A stretch of DNA of 64,000 nucleotides, from positions 33,126 to 97,125 of the forward strand of contig DATION010000004.1 of the NCBI GenBank assembly GCA_035473115.1. The letters are read 5' to 3'. This DNA is from Candidatus Udaeobacter sp. (GTDB taxonomy: Bacteria; Patescibacteriota; Patescibacteriia; Magasanikbacterales; GWA2-37-8). Below the pieces are notes generated by a model. That model searched no databases and was not told the origin of the DNA. It worked only from the letters and a program-made list of their open reading frames with translations. The position numbers and the translations under genes were made by a program. Shown here piece by piece: positions 48,412 to 58,364 of the stretch (positions within the stretch are counted from its first letter, which is position 1; each line of letters opens with the position of its first letter).

Positions 48412-49491
48412 CTATCTCTGCATAACTATCTCTTCTATAATTTCTATCACTTTTTGCGCGCTAGCAGCCGGCAAAACTGTATGCAATTTTTCTTCTAAGT
48501 GTTTCTTTTTTTCTACAGAATTGATAATGCCAACAACTGTTTCAGCCAGATCTAAATCATTTATTTTTCTCTCATCCAAAACTATGGCTGCTTGCCTATC
48601 TGACAAAAATTTAGCATTAACTTCTTGATGCGTATCAGCAATCGGAATCAAAATCGCTGCTTTGCTCAAAGCCGCTAATTCGGTAATCGTAGAAAAACCG
48701 GCTCTGGCAATAACTACATCAGCCGAGGCATAAGCATCTTTAATGTCTTCTTTTAAAAACTGAAAAGCATGATAGTTTGGAAAATCATTGGTCGCAGCTT
48801 CAGACAACTCAACTGAACGCTCTTTACCAGTCAGATGAATTATATGAAAATTTTTAGGCCAGATAGATAAAGTCTCAACAATTAATTTATTGATTTTAAT
48901 CGAACCGGTGCCTCCGCCCATTGCCAAAATAACTGGTGATCCTTCGGGAATATTAAATTTTTTTCGGGAATTATTTTTATCAGTTACTGTTAAATTGCGA
49001 GCCGGATTGCCAATCCATTCTATTTGCTTACTTAAAAAATATTGTTTATTTTCTGCCAGGGCCGTAGTAATTTTTGTGGCTGTGCAAGACATTAATTTAT
49101 TGGCTAATCCAACTGCCAGATCTTGTTGATGCACCCAAGTTGGAATCTTGAGAACAAAAGCGGCAAAATGCAGTGGCACACTGACAAATCCTCCGGCTGT
49201 AATCAGCATATCCGGTTTCTCTCGCTTCAGTAAAAATAAGGACTGCCAAAAACCAAATGATATTTTAAAAATATCCAAAAAATTATCCCAAGAAAAATAT
49301 TGGCGCAGTTTGCCGGAAGTTATAGCAAAAAAAGGAATTTTATAACTTTCTACCAAACCTTTCTCCGGACCATTTTTTGTGCCGACCCAAATAAACTCCG
49401 CTTGAGGATTATGTTTTTTATAAATTTCGTAAATTGCCAGCAGCGGAGCGACCGGCCCCAAGGTTCCACCACCAGAGAGGAGTATTTTCAT
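48412..49491 (-). CDS. murG: Lipid II GlcNAc transferase MurG
   Basis: SGGGTLGP, AGGFVSVP, HQQD, IGNP, GGGTGS, RAGFSTITE, HQEVNA. Confidence 0.9.
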   Translation of the reverse strand: MKILLSGGGTLGPVAPLLAIYEIYKKHNPQAEFIWVGTKNGPEKGLVESYKIPFFAITSGKLRQYFSWDNFLDIFKISFGFWQSLFLLKREKPDMLITAGGFVSVPLHFAAFVLKIPTWVHQQDLAVGLANKLMSCTATKITTALAENKQYFLSKQIEWIGNPARNLTVTDKNNSRKKFNIPEGSPVILAMGGGTGSIKINKLIVETLSIWPKNFHIIHLTGKERSVELSEAATNDFPNYHAFQFLKEDIKDAYASADVVIARAGFSTITELAALSKAAILIPIADTHQEVNAKFLSDRQAAIVLDERKINDLDLAETVVGIINSVEKKKHLEEKLHTVLPAASAQKVIEIIEEIVMQR

Positions 49492-49501
49492 ATAAAACCA
49501 T

Positions 49502-50569
49502 TTAACTCAAGTTGGCCAAAATTTCTTCTAGCTCACCTTTTGCTTCTGTTAAACTTATTCTGTCTTTTGGTTCACGCACAATCATTTTTTTAGCCAACTC
49601 ATCTAATTTTTCCAATACACTCTTATACATTATTCTAAAAATATCTTCTCTTTCATACAGATCTAACATCTTGGATAAACAGATGCCAAATTGGTAAGTC
49701 ATTTCACTTGGCTGGATTCCTTCTCCCTTAAAGAATTCTGGCGGCAAATAATCATCTACTCGTAATCTGTTATCTAGCACCCTGCCATTTTTAACCAGAC
49801 CTTCCAAGTCAAACAGGACACCCTTTTGAACATTTTCATCCGAAACTACACCTAAATTACTTAACTTTATATCCTGCAAAACCAAACCATTATCTGCTAA
49901 ATATTCTGCTCCATTTAAACAGTCTTTAACAACTTTTAAACCAGTTATAAAATTACTTTTGCTTTTAACAACATTTAAATATTCGTTTAATGGTCGTAAG
50001 TCTAATTTTTCGTAAATAGTCCGCTTAGATTCCGGGTCATACTGTTCTATATTAACGATATTGGCATGTGAACCATCTCGTTTGATTATTTCCATAAAAT
50101 AATCAATGGCTTCGGCAATGTGCTCTTCTTGGTCTGGTATTGGGTGCTGTTCTTTATGCATACTTCTTTGGCCACTCAACACACCGACCACCTCCTGAAT
50201 GACATTATGTTCATTCCTTTTTTTTGTTTCTAAAGTTTGAAGAACCAGGTAAGTCTCTTTATCAAGTCTATCTTTTAATTTTTCAATCAAAAGTCTGCGA
50301 ATCAAACTTATACAATCTTTTGCTTCTTTTGAACTTAGCTCTCCAGCCCATTGTTCTTTGCTCAGCATTCCCAAAATTTTACTATCGCTCAAAGCGTCAA
50401 CAACAAAAGAAGCTTCATCATCCTCAGTTTCTTCTGTCTTACTAACTATATAATCTGCATACTCTTCAATGTCCTTACGAGAAATTGCATGCTGCTCTAG
50501 CATTTTTATTTCTAAATTATCTTTCCGTGCAATTCTTTCTTCTTCGGGCGAAAAGTATTCTATTCCCAT
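49502..50569 (-). CDS. Divergent protein-kinase-like protein (paralog 1)
   Basis: HANIV, LQDIKLSN, LFDLEG, YLPPE, PKDRIS. Confidence 0.68.
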   Translation of the reverse strand: MGIEYFSPEEERIARKDNLEIKMLEQHAISRKDIEEYADYIVSKTEETEDDEASFVVDALSDSKILGMLSKEQWAGELSSKEAKDCISLIRRLLIEKLKDRLDKETYLVLQTLETKKRNEHNVIQEVVGVLSGQRSMHKEQHPIPDQEEHIAEAIDYFMEIIKRDGSHANIVNIEQYDPESKRTIYEKLDLRPLNEYLNVVKSKSNFITGLKVVKDCLNGAEYLADNGLVLQDIKLSNLGVVSDENVQKGVLFDLEGLVKNGRVLDNRLRVDDYLPPEFFKGEGIQPSEMTYQFGICLSKMLDLYEREDIFRIMYKSVLEKLDELAKKMIVREPKDRISLTEAKGELEEILANLS

Positions 50570-50574
50570 AAAAT

Positions 50575-51699
50575 TTAATTTTCTAAAATTACACGGCTTA
50601 TAATCAACTCGAGTCTGTCTCTGGCTTCAGCTAAACTAATTCTATTTTTTGGATTTTCTTCTTTCATTTCATATATCAAATTACCAAGTTCAAATTTAAT
50701 GCCGTAGTCTAATTTTTTAAAGTACGATTCATGCTGATGAGCAAATGATACTTTGCCTAAGCATACGCCAAATTGGAAAGTCATTTCCGCTTCTTCAGTT
50801 ACCATAGAACCATCACTTTTCCATTCCGGCGGGATATAACTGTCGTCATTTATAGGAGCAAGTCTAACGGGAAGAAAATCATCTTTCATTACCACACCTT
50901 CAATATCAAAAAGTATGCCTTTTTCTTTACCATCCTCTATCACCAAACCTAGGTTATCTAATTTTATATCTTGTAAAACCAAATCTTTTTCCGATAAATA
51001 AGCTGCTCCAGCTAAACAATCTTTAATGACTTTTAGGGTTGTTAAAAACACTTCTTTGGTTTTTTCTGATCCTTCTAAGTACTTATCTAGAGTCTGAAGA
51101 TTTAATTTTTCGTAAATAGCCTGTCCAGTCTCAAAATTATAATTTAAAACCTTGACTAAATTAGGATGATAGCCTTTGGTTTGAAAATCTTCCAATAAAA
51201 TTTTCATAGCCGCTGCCTTACTATCTTTTTGTCCTTCTAAAACTTCTTGATCTTTATACACAGCTTCACGCCCTCTAGAACCATCAACTATTTTTTGGAC
51301 AATATTTTTACGATTGCCTGGTATCTTTTTTATCAAATCTTTAACTACTAAAAAAATATTTTTATCAACTCTGCCTTTTATAGCTTCTAGTAAAGCCTGC
51401 CGCACTCTATTTATAACAGCCTCAGCTTCATCTTCGTCTAACTGGACGGCAGCCATTTCCTGTCTTATTTTAGCCAACAAACGACTATTGTTAAGATCGT
51501 CAATTATAAAAACACGCTGCTCTTGGGTATCTTTTATATTTTCTAAGCTACTAACCAAATGATCCGCGTAAGTTTTAATATCGTCAGGAAAAATTACATC
51601 CTGTTCGGTCATCTTTCTTTCTAAATTTTTCCTCGGATCTATTTCGTGTCTAGGAGAAATATTTTTAATATCAGCAGACAAGCCTTCTTTTGAACTCAT
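50575..51699 (-). CDS. Divergent protein-kinase-like protein (paralog 2)
   Basis: AVYK, HPNLV, LQDIKLDN, LFDIEG, YIPPE, PKNRIS; start MSSKEG. Confidence 0.68.
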   Translation of the reverse strand: MSSKEGLSADIKNISPRHEIDPRKNLERKMTEQDVIFPDDIKTYADHLVSSLENIKDTQEQRVFIIDDLNNSRLLAKIRQEMAAVQLDEDEAEAVINRVRQALLEAIKGRVDKNIFLVVKDLIKKIPGNRKNIVQKIVDGSRGREAVYKDQEVLEGQKDSKAAAMKILLEDFQTKGYHPNLVKVLNYNFETGQAIYEKLNLQTLDKYLEGSEKTKEVFLTTLKVIKDCLAGAAYLSEKDLVLQDIKLDNLGLVIEDGKEKGILFDIEGVVMKDDFLPVRLAPINDDSYIPPEWKSDGSMVTEEAEMTFQFGVCLGKVSFAHQHESYFKKLDYGIKFELGNLIYEMKEENPKNRISLAEARDRLELIISRVILEN

Positions 51700-51703
51700 A
51701 TAT

Positions 51704-53002
51704 TTAATAATCCTTGAGTTTGCCAATAATTCCCATACGCTGAATTTTTTCCAGAGCTTTGGCTTCGATTTGGCGGATACGTTCGCGGGTAACATCAAAT
51801 TCCTGGCCAACTTCTTCCAAAGTGTGAGTCACGCCATCGGCCAAACCAAATCTCATTTCCAAAATTTTCTGTTCGCGCGGTGACAAATCTTTAATTGCTT
51901 CTTTGACGTAATCACGCAAAATCTGCAAACCAGCCACGCGGTCGGGCGGCATATTTTTGACATCTTCCACAAAATCTTGCAAAGAAGAATCATCGTCATC
52001 ATCGCCAACCGACATTTCCAAAGACACGGTATCCTGAGATATTTTTATAATATGATTTACTTTGGATACTTCTTCGCCCATTTCGGCAGCTAATTCTTCC
52101 GGAGTCGGATCACGGCCTAAGTCTTGCAATAATCGGCGCTGCACCTGCTGGAAACGATTAATTGTTTCCACCATATGCACGGGAATACGAATGGTGCGCG
52201 ACTGGTCGGCCAAAGCACGAGTAATCGCTTGGCGAATCCACCAAGTGGCGTAAGTGGAAAATTTATAACCGCGGCGGTAATCAAATTTTTTCACAGCTCT
52301 AAACAAACCGATGTTGCCTTCTTGGATTAAATCCAACAAAGAAAGGGATTTGCCCACGAATTTTTTGGCAATAGAAACTACCAACCGCAAGTTGGCTTCA
52401 ATCAATTTTCTGTCTGCTTCTTTGTCGCCGCGCTCTTTGCGTTTAGCTAGCGCCACTTCTTCATCGGCTTTGAGTAGCGGAATTCGGCCGATTTCTCGCA
52501 GATACATCTGAATTGGATCCGAAGAAATTTGCCCTAAATCAAAAGGAATATCCATATCCGGCTGCTTGCCCTGAAAACTTTTTAAAGTTTGTGAATGTTC
52601 TTCTTTACGGCCAAGCAAATTGCCGGTTGTCTCAACAATAGAGACACCGTTTTTATCAAGCAGATCTATAAAACCTTCGTATAGATCTAAATAACGCTCT
52701 GGTCGAGGAAAAACACCTTCAACTTCAATTTGAGTAATAAATCCGCGATTGCGGCCTTTGGCGATTATGGCCCAGATATCTTTAAGAGTTGGTTCAACAA
52801 CCACTTCTTCGGCTGCCATTAATTTTTTGGATTGCTTACTTTTTTTATTTACAAATATTTTATTTTTTCGAGACGGCTGGATGCGTTTAACTTTTTTTGG
52901 CTGAGATGATTTTTTTACCGCTTTACCCTTTTTTTGCTTACGCGTATGTTTAACGCGCAATGGCTTAGGGCGCTTCTTAATTGTCCCTTTCTTGGTCGGC
53001 AT
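51704..53002 (-). CDS. rpoD: Primary sigma factor RpoD with Lys-rich N-terminal extension
   Basis: [45 protein letters not shown]. Confidence 0.96.
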   Translation of the reverse strand: MPTKKGTIKKRPKPLRVKHTRKQKKGKAVKKSSQPKKVKRIQPSRKNKIFVNKKSKQSKKLMAAEEVVVEPTLKDIWAIIAKGRNRGFITQIEVEGVFPRPERYLDLYEGFIDLLDKNGVSIVETTGNLLGRKEEHSQTLKSFQGKQPDMDIPFDLGQISSDPIQMYLREIGRIPLLKADEEVALAKRKERGDKEADRKLIEANLRLVVSIAKKFVGKSLSLLDLIQEGNIGLFRAVKKFDYRRGYKFSTYATWWIRQAITRALADQSRTIRIPVHMVETINRFQQVQRRLLQDLGRDPTPEELAAEMGEEVSKVNHIIKISQDTVSLEMSVGDDDDDSSLQDFVEDVKNMPPDRVAGLQILRDYVKEAIKDLSPREQKILEMRFGLADGVTHTLEEVGQEFDVTRERIRQIEAKALEKIQRMGIIGKLKDY

Positions 53003-53027
53003 AAGGGATAAAATTATTAGTTAGCAA

Positions 53028-53125
53028 GATTAAAATTAATAATGATTTTTACAGTGGCCATCGCACCCTCGAAAGGGCGACCTTTAGGTCGTTTGGTCAC
53101 AAAAAAATCATTATTAATTTTAATC
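53028..53125. repeat. Y-shaped palindromic element between dnaG and rpoD
   Basis: 23-bp perfect IR GATTAAAATTAATAATGATTTTT enclosing GTGGCCA/TGGTCAC and two small hairpins. Confidence 0.75.
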
Positions 53126-53131
53126 CTTAAT

Positions 53132-54901
53132 TTATTCTAGCGCCACTATCTGTTTTAAAATTTGCTGCAACAATTCTGTGTTTTTATTTTTTTCTGCTTC
53201 TTTTAAAGCGCTGGTTAATTCGGCGCGCTTATCGCTCAACCATTCTGATTTTATCCGCGCCAACAAAACTTCTATCTCTTTTTTTGCTTCTTCCACAGTA
53301 AAGCTGCTGTAATCTTTATCCGCTTTTAATACTAAAACATCAATGGAATTTTGATCTTCCTTTTCTAAAATGTCTTCCTTATCTGTATAACCATTGTACT
53401 GCTTTTTTAATGATTCGTAAAGACTAGCTAGCGGAGTGGGAGGAAAAAAACTCTGGCTTGAACCAAAAACTGGCTCGGCAAACAATTTAGGAAATTTTAT
53501 CAGCAAAGCAAAAATATTTTCGGTCAATGAAATTATTCGGCTTTTTTCTAGCTGTTTCTCTTTTTCAACTGGTTTTTGCCCAGAATTTTCCTGCCTATTC
53601 TCGTTAAATTTAGGTTTAACCGCAGCCAAACGGCGCATTTCGGTAGTTAAGGTGGTATGGTCAACGCCCAGTTCATCAGCCAATTTTTTCAACCAATGAT
53701 CCCTCTCTACGGCATAAGGCAAACGAATTATTTCAGCCAGCAAAGTATCAGCAATTTTTTGTTTCTGTTTCGGATCGTGCTTATCAGCCCCAATTAAAGT
53801 GCTAGAAAAATACCATTCCATAACTTCTTTGGCATTTTCTATTGCCTTAAACCAGACATCCGGATTTTTTTTCAAACATTCGTCGGCATCCTTGCCGCAG
53901 CCAGCTGGAATTTGAATAATTTTTATATTCATCCCCTGCTCCAAAGCCAAATCTATACCACGCTTGGCTGCATTTTGCCCAGCCGCGTCAGCATCAAAAG
54001 CAATCGCAATATTATTAGAATATCTCTTTAATAATTTTATCTGTTCAAAGGTCAAAGCCGTACCTGAAGAAGCAACCACGTTTTTCATTCCTGCCTGATG
54101 ACAAGCCACCACATCCATCTGCCCTTCTACCAACACCGTAAAATCTTTATTTTTTATTTCCGTTTTAGCTTTATTTAATCCGTATAAAACTCGAGATTTA
54201 TCATACACCAAAGTCTGCGGCGTATTTACATATTTGCCGCCGGATTTTTCTGTTTCCACCAAAACTCGACCAGTAAAACCAACCGTATTGCCATGCGCGT
54301 CCCAAATCGGAAACATTATGCGGCCGCGAAAACGGTCATAAACTCCCCCGCCATCTTTTTTTATACTCAACCCTGAAGCCAATAAATCATCTATGCTATT
54401 TCCTTTTTTTAATAAATATTGCGTAAGTAAATCCCACTGTTCGGGAATAAAACCAACTTTCCAATCAATAATTGTTTCTGATTTTAATTCTCGCTTTTTT
54501 AAATAATCTCTGGCGCCATGGCTAGCCGGCATTTCCAACAAAAACTGATGAAAAAAATAGGCAGCTTTACTATTTATTTCCAAAATTCTGTTTTTTTGAC
54601 TCTTGTTTACTTCACTGGCAAAAGTATCCAATTTTACGCCGGCTCGCTCGGCCAAAATTTTTAAAGCTTCCGGAAATTCCAATCCTTCCATTTCCTGCAA
54701 AAAAGAAAAAACATCACCGCTTTTACTGCAACCAAAACAGTGCCAGAATTGCTTTTCTGAATTGACCATAAACGAAGGTGATTTTTCGTTATGGAATGGA
54801 CAATTGGCTTTCCAATTGGCGCCGGCTTTTTTGAGCGGAATATATTCGCCAATTATTTGCGCAATGTCTAATCTATCTTTGATGGCTTGGGTATCAGTCA
54901 T
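53132..54901 (-). CDS. dnaG: DNA primase
   Basis: CPFHNEKSPSF..CFGC zinc finger, DRFRGRIMFPI, KYVNTP, EGQMDV, FDADAAG. Confidence 0.96.
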   Translation of the reverse strand: MTDTQAIKDRLDIAQIIGEYIPLKKAGANWKANCPFHNEKSPSFMVNSEKQFWHCFGCSKSGDVFSFLQEMEGLEFPEALKILAERAGVKLDTFASEVNKSQKNRILEINSKAAYFFHQFLLEMPASHGARDYLKKRELKSETIIDWKVGFIPEQWDLLTQYLLKKGNSIDDLLASGLSIKKDGGGVYDRFRGRIMFPIWDAHGNTVGFTGRVLVETEKSGGKYVNTPQTLVYDKSRVLYGLNKAKTEIKNKDFTVLVEGQMDVVACHQAGMKNVVASSGTALTFEQIKLLKRYSNNIAIAFDADAAGQNAAKRGIDLALEQGMNIKIIQIPAGCGKDADECLKKNPDVWFKAIENAKEVMEWYFSSTLIGADKHDPKQKQKIADTLLAEIIRLPYAVERDHWLKKLADELGVDHTTLTTEMRRLAAVKPKFNENRQENSGQKPVEKEKQLEKSRIISLTENIFALLIKFPKLFAEPVFGSSQSFFPPTPLASLYESLKKQYNGYTDKEDILEKEDQNSIDVLVLKADKDYSSFTVEEAKKEIEVLLARIKSEWLSDKRAELTSALKEAEKNKNTELLQQILKQIVALE

Positions 54902-55000
54902 TTAATATTTTTAGCATCGGGCTTCAACAAACTCTACCCGACATAATTGCTTTAAGTCAACTTTATCATAGTTAATACAAAAACAGCAAGGTAACTTACC

Positions 55001-55029
55001 TTGACAAATTTATACTAATATAATAAGTT
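55001..55029 (+). promoter_or_regulatory. sigma70 promoter upstream of tRNA-like gene
   Basis: TTGACA-17 bp-TAAGTT; -35 overlapped by palindrome CAAGGTAA-C-TTACCTTG. Confidence 0.6.
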
Positions 55030-55045
55030 AGCTTTAGAAGTTTGT

Positions 55046-55120
55046 GCCGCTGTAGCTCAGCTGATAGAGTGCTGGGTGTGCAACACTCAGAGGTCGCAGG
55101 TTTAAATCCTGCCAGCGGCT
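55046..55120 (+). tRNA. Non-canonical tRNA-like RNA (central GCA, Cys-like; extended anticodon arm)
   Basis: GCCGCTG/CAGCGGC acceptor, GCTC/GAGT D stem, 19-nt anticodon arm CTGGGT-GTGCAAC-ACTCAG, AGGTC, GCAGG-TTTAAAT-CCTGC, discriminator T. Confidence 0.7.
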
Positions 55121-55133
55121 CCCTTCTTTACCT

Positions 55134-55201
55134 AGCCGACGCGCGCTTGTGACTTGTGCGAGTATAACTCGACAGTACAAGCGCCGTCGGCTCTCTTTTT
55201 T
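55134..55201 (+). terminator. Long GC-rich hairpin with T tract downstream of tRNA-like gene, convergent with cca
   Basis: AGCCGACG..GCGCTTGT..CGAG-TATAA-CTCG..ACAAGCGC-CGTCGGCT then CTCTTTTTT. Confidence 0.6.
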
Positions 55202-55206
55202 ATAAT

Positions 55207-56661
55207 TTATAATTTTTCCCAATCCTGCACATCTTTTAAGTATTCGCCTTTTATTTTCTCAAAATATTCTTTGGCCGCTTCGTAGTCATTAGGAATAATT
55301 CCGTCTAAGATAGCTTCTTCAATCGCCTCTTTTATTCTGCCCACGGTTGGCCCGGGTTTTATTTGGCATAACTCCATAATTTCATCACCGCGCAGCGGAG
55401 ATTGAAACGCTCGCAACTTATCTCTTTCCAAAACTTCGGCAATCTTTTTTTCCAGGTTATCATAATTTTTTAATCTTTTTTCTTTTTTGTATGGATTGCC
55501 AGTAGTAATGTCGCTGCGGCCTAAAATTAATAAATCATTTAACTCTTCGCCGAGACTCACAATCAACCGACGCACGGCCGAATCGGTAATACCTTCGTCC
55601 ATTAGACTTATCGGCTGCATATGCCAGCGCACCAGTTTGGCCAAATAATCGGTATCATTTTTGGAAAAACGCAAACGACGGCTGATTTGGTAAACCATTT
55701 TTTTGCCCACATGTTCATGCTGATAAAATGTCCAGCCGATTTTAGGAACAAATTTTTTGGTAGCTGGTTTGCCAATATCATGCAAAAGTCCGGCCAAACG
55801 AAGCAATGTCTTGTCTGAAAATTCAGCTACATTATCTACCACTTTAAATGTATGCGTTAAATTATCTTTATGCTGATGACCATAAACATCTTCTACGCCT
55901 TCCAGTTTAGAAATTTCCGGTAAAACCACATCCAAAATATGAGTTTGCCACATCAAAGTCAAACCAATAGATGGTTTTGGGCAAGCCATTAATTTAAAAA
56001 GTTCTTCCTGAATTCTTTCCGCCGAAATAATTTTTAAACGTTCCCGATTTTTATAGATCGATTCCAAAGTTTTTGGATCAATCGAAAAATCAAGTTGGCT
56101 AGCAAAGCGCACCGCTCGCATCATCCGCAGCGGATCATCACTAAAAGTTTGATCGGGATCAAGCGGCGTGCGCAAAATTTTATCAACCAGATCTTGGCTG
56201 CCATTAAATAAATCAATTAAATTTTTTTTCAATTTGCCTTCAGTCAATTTTTTGCTATCCGCAAAAATTGCTACTGGAGCAGCCATCGCATTGACTGTAA
56301 AATCTCGTCGAGCTAAATCCTCTTCCAAAGTTGTCTGCTCCACTACCGGCTTACGTGACTGAGTTTGATATTTTTCCCTGCGAGCGCCGGCAAACTCAAG
56401 CGACAGTTCTCCATCTTCGTCAGTTAAAATATAACGGGCCGTATCAAAATCCGGAAATTCAATTAGGCTGCCGGCCTGTTCTAAGGCTTCATCAAATTTT
56501 TTAGCAAACTCCAAACCACTGCCGACAACCACAAAATCAATATCCTTTTTTTGCTTTCGCCCCATTAAAAAATCACGCACAAAACCGCCCACCACATATG
56601 CTGGAACTTTTGACTCGGCTGCGACAGAATCAATTTTTTTAAATATTTTTTCTAAATTCAT
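55207..56661 (-). CDS. cca: CCA tRNA nucleotidyltransferase with HD domain
   Basis: VGGFVRD, DID, DLARRDFTVNA, DDPLRMMR, LLHDIGK. Confidence 0.9.
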   Translation of the reverse strand: MNLEKIFKKIDSVAAESKVPAYVVGGFVRDFLMGRKQKKDIDFVVVGSGLEFAKKFDEALEQAGSLIEFPDFDTARYILTDEDGELSLEFAGARREKYQTQSRKPVVEQTTLEEDLARRDFTVNAMAAPVAIFADSKKLTEGKLKKNLIDLFNGSQDLVDKILRTPLDPDQTFSDDPLRMMRAVRFASQLDFSIDPKTLESIYKNRERLKIISAERIQEELFKLMACPKPSIGLTLMWQTHILDVVLPEISKLEGVEDVYGHQHKDNLTHTFKVVDNVAEFSDKTLLRLAGLLHDIGKPATKKFVPKIGWTFYQHEHVGKKMVYQISRRLRFSKNDTDYLAKLVRWHMQPISLMDEGITDSAVRRLIVSLGEELNDLLILGRSDITTGNPYKKEKRLKNYDNLEKKIAEVLERDKLRAFQSPLRGDEIMELCQIKPGPTVGRIKEAIEEAILDGIIPNDYEAAKEYFEKIKGEYLKDVQDWEKL

Positions 56662-56668
56662 GAAAATA

Positions 56669-57703
56669 CTAAACTTTCTTGATTGCTCCCACTCTGTTTT
56701 CGGCTACTTCTTCACTTACTAGCCCCTCTTTGACTAATTTCTTCACTGAATTTTCCATGGTTGACATGCCTTCTTTGATTCCGGTTTGAATAGTTGATTT
56801 TATCTGGCCAACTTCATTATTGCGCACTAAATTTGAGACAGCTGGAGTGTTAATTAAAATTTCTCTAGCCGGCACTAATCCGCCGTCTTTGGACGGCAAT
56901 AATTGCTGAGCCACCACGCCGCGCAAGACCGAAGATAATTGAATCAGAATCTGCTTCTGTTTTGAACCTTCAAATACATCGACGATACGCTCTATGGCTT
57001 CAGCAGCGCTGGGAGTATGCAAAGTAGAAAAAACCAAATGGCCGGTTTCGGCGGCGGTAAGCACGGTGGAAATAGTTTCCGGATCACGCATTTCCCCCAC
57101 CAGAATTACGTTTGGATCCTGGCGCAAAACATACTTTAAAGCATTGGCAAAAGATTTGGTATCAACCCCAATTTCACGCTGCTCAATCAAACTTTTTTTA
57201 TCTTTATAAACAAATTCAATCGGATCTTCAATGGTAATAATATGAGCTTTTCTGGTTTTGTTGATTTCTTCAATCATCGAAGCAATGGTAGTAGTTTTTC
57301 CGCAACCAGTTGGTCCGGTTACCAAAACCAAACCGTCTAACAAATTTTTCATATCAAGCAAAGCCGGTTCAAAACGCAAATCTTCCGGAGTTGGAATTTC
57401 GGTAGGAATAATGCGGGCGCTCAAACCGATATTTTCCGATTGCTGATGCAGGTTCACACGAAAACGAGTGTCATCTAATTGATAACTAAAATCCAGTTCT
57501 TTATCTTCGTTATATTTAGCTTGCTGATCCTTACTTAGCAAGGCTTCAATTCCAGCCATTAGGTCTTTATTATTTAAAGGCTTGTCTTCCAGCTCTGTTA
57601 ATTGGCCTTCTATGCGCAGCATTGGTAATTCACCACCAACCAAATGCAGGTCTGAAGCGTCTTGTTTGATAGCTTTTTCAAAATAAGATTTGATGTCTAA
57701 CAT
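56669..57703 (-). CDS. pilT: Type IV pilus retraction ATPase
   Basis: ASDLHL, GPTGCGKTT, TIEDPIE, LRQDPNVILVGEMRD, AETGHLVFSTLH. Confidence 0.92.
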   Translation of the reverse strand: MLDIKSYFEKAIKQDASDLHLVGGELPMLRIEGQLTELEDKPLNNKDLMAGIEALLSKDQQAKYNEDKELDFSYQLDDTRFRVNLHQQSENIGLSARIIPTEIPTPEDLRFEPALLDMKNLLDGLVLVTGPTGCGKTTTIASMIEEINKTRKAHIITIEDPIEFVYKDKKSLIEQREIGVDTKSFANALKYVLRQDPNVILVGEMRDPETISTVLTAAETGHLVFSTLHTPSAAEAIERIVDVFEGSKQKQILIQLSSVLRGVVAQQLLPSKDGGLVPAREILINTPAVSNLVRNNEVGQIKSTIQTGIKEGMSTMENSVKKLVKEGLVSEEVAENRVGAIKKV

Positions 57704-57816
57704 AAAAAAACAGATTAAGTAAGTTAATTTATGCTTAAACTATAACATAAAGGTTTAAGCTTGAAAAGCTAAATTTATTATGCTAAGGTAAAAATTAAAA
57801 GAAAGGGCAAACTATC

Positions 57817-58086
57817 ATGCCAACCAATCTTTGCGATGCTTGGAACGACCTCCTCATAGGCCGCTACCTTGGACAAACATATGATATCTTGGAAAAAAAT
57901 CGAGGTGCATATTCCAAGCACCTCATCAGTTGTGAAACTTGCAGACAAGCTGTTGAACCATGGTTAGTATGGCCAGCTGTTAGACCCGAAGAGTTAGGAA
58001 ACTTAACAACTGAGCAGTATCTTGATGTATTAAGAGACGTGGCTGCTTTTGCCAGAGGGCATATCCCTAAAAAATATGCCGCTTAA
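57817..58086 (+). CDS. Small protein with HxxxCxxC (zf-HC2/anti-sigma-like) motif
   Basis: C...YL...KHLISCETC; followed by terminator AAGAGGGCGT-AACAA-ACGCCCTCTT near 58119-58144. Confidence 0.55.
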   Translation: MPTNLCDAWNDLLIGRYLGQTYDILEKNRGAYSKHLISCETCRQAVEPWLVWPAVRPEELGNLTTEQYLDVLRDVAAFARGHIPKKYAA

Positions 58087-58364
58087 CTCCAGATACAAAA
58101 TTGTTAAGCATATTCAAAAAAGAGGGCGTAACAAACGCCCTCTTAAAAAATACTTTAAATTTAAATTGATTACTGCATTAAAGATACGATACTATATCTC
58201 TAGCTTAACTAAACCTGTTTACATCAGACAATATTAATGATATTTTTATCTAATAGCTCTTTAATAAACTGCAGACAGCCTGTTTTATTTAAAATTTTTT
58301 GAATAAACTAGGCTGTTTGTACAAAAAAACTGTGCCGTAACTGGCCAACCGAGAGGATAGCTCA

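Noticed and set aside
298-49491. Idea that the glycan locus inserted into an ancestral ftsW-murG pair
   Set aside because: Transcriptional order is murG then ftsW, the reverse of the dcw order, with rpmA and tRNAs between
55034-55222. 62-aa minus ORF
   Set aside because: Antisense reading of the tRNA-like gene and its hairpin
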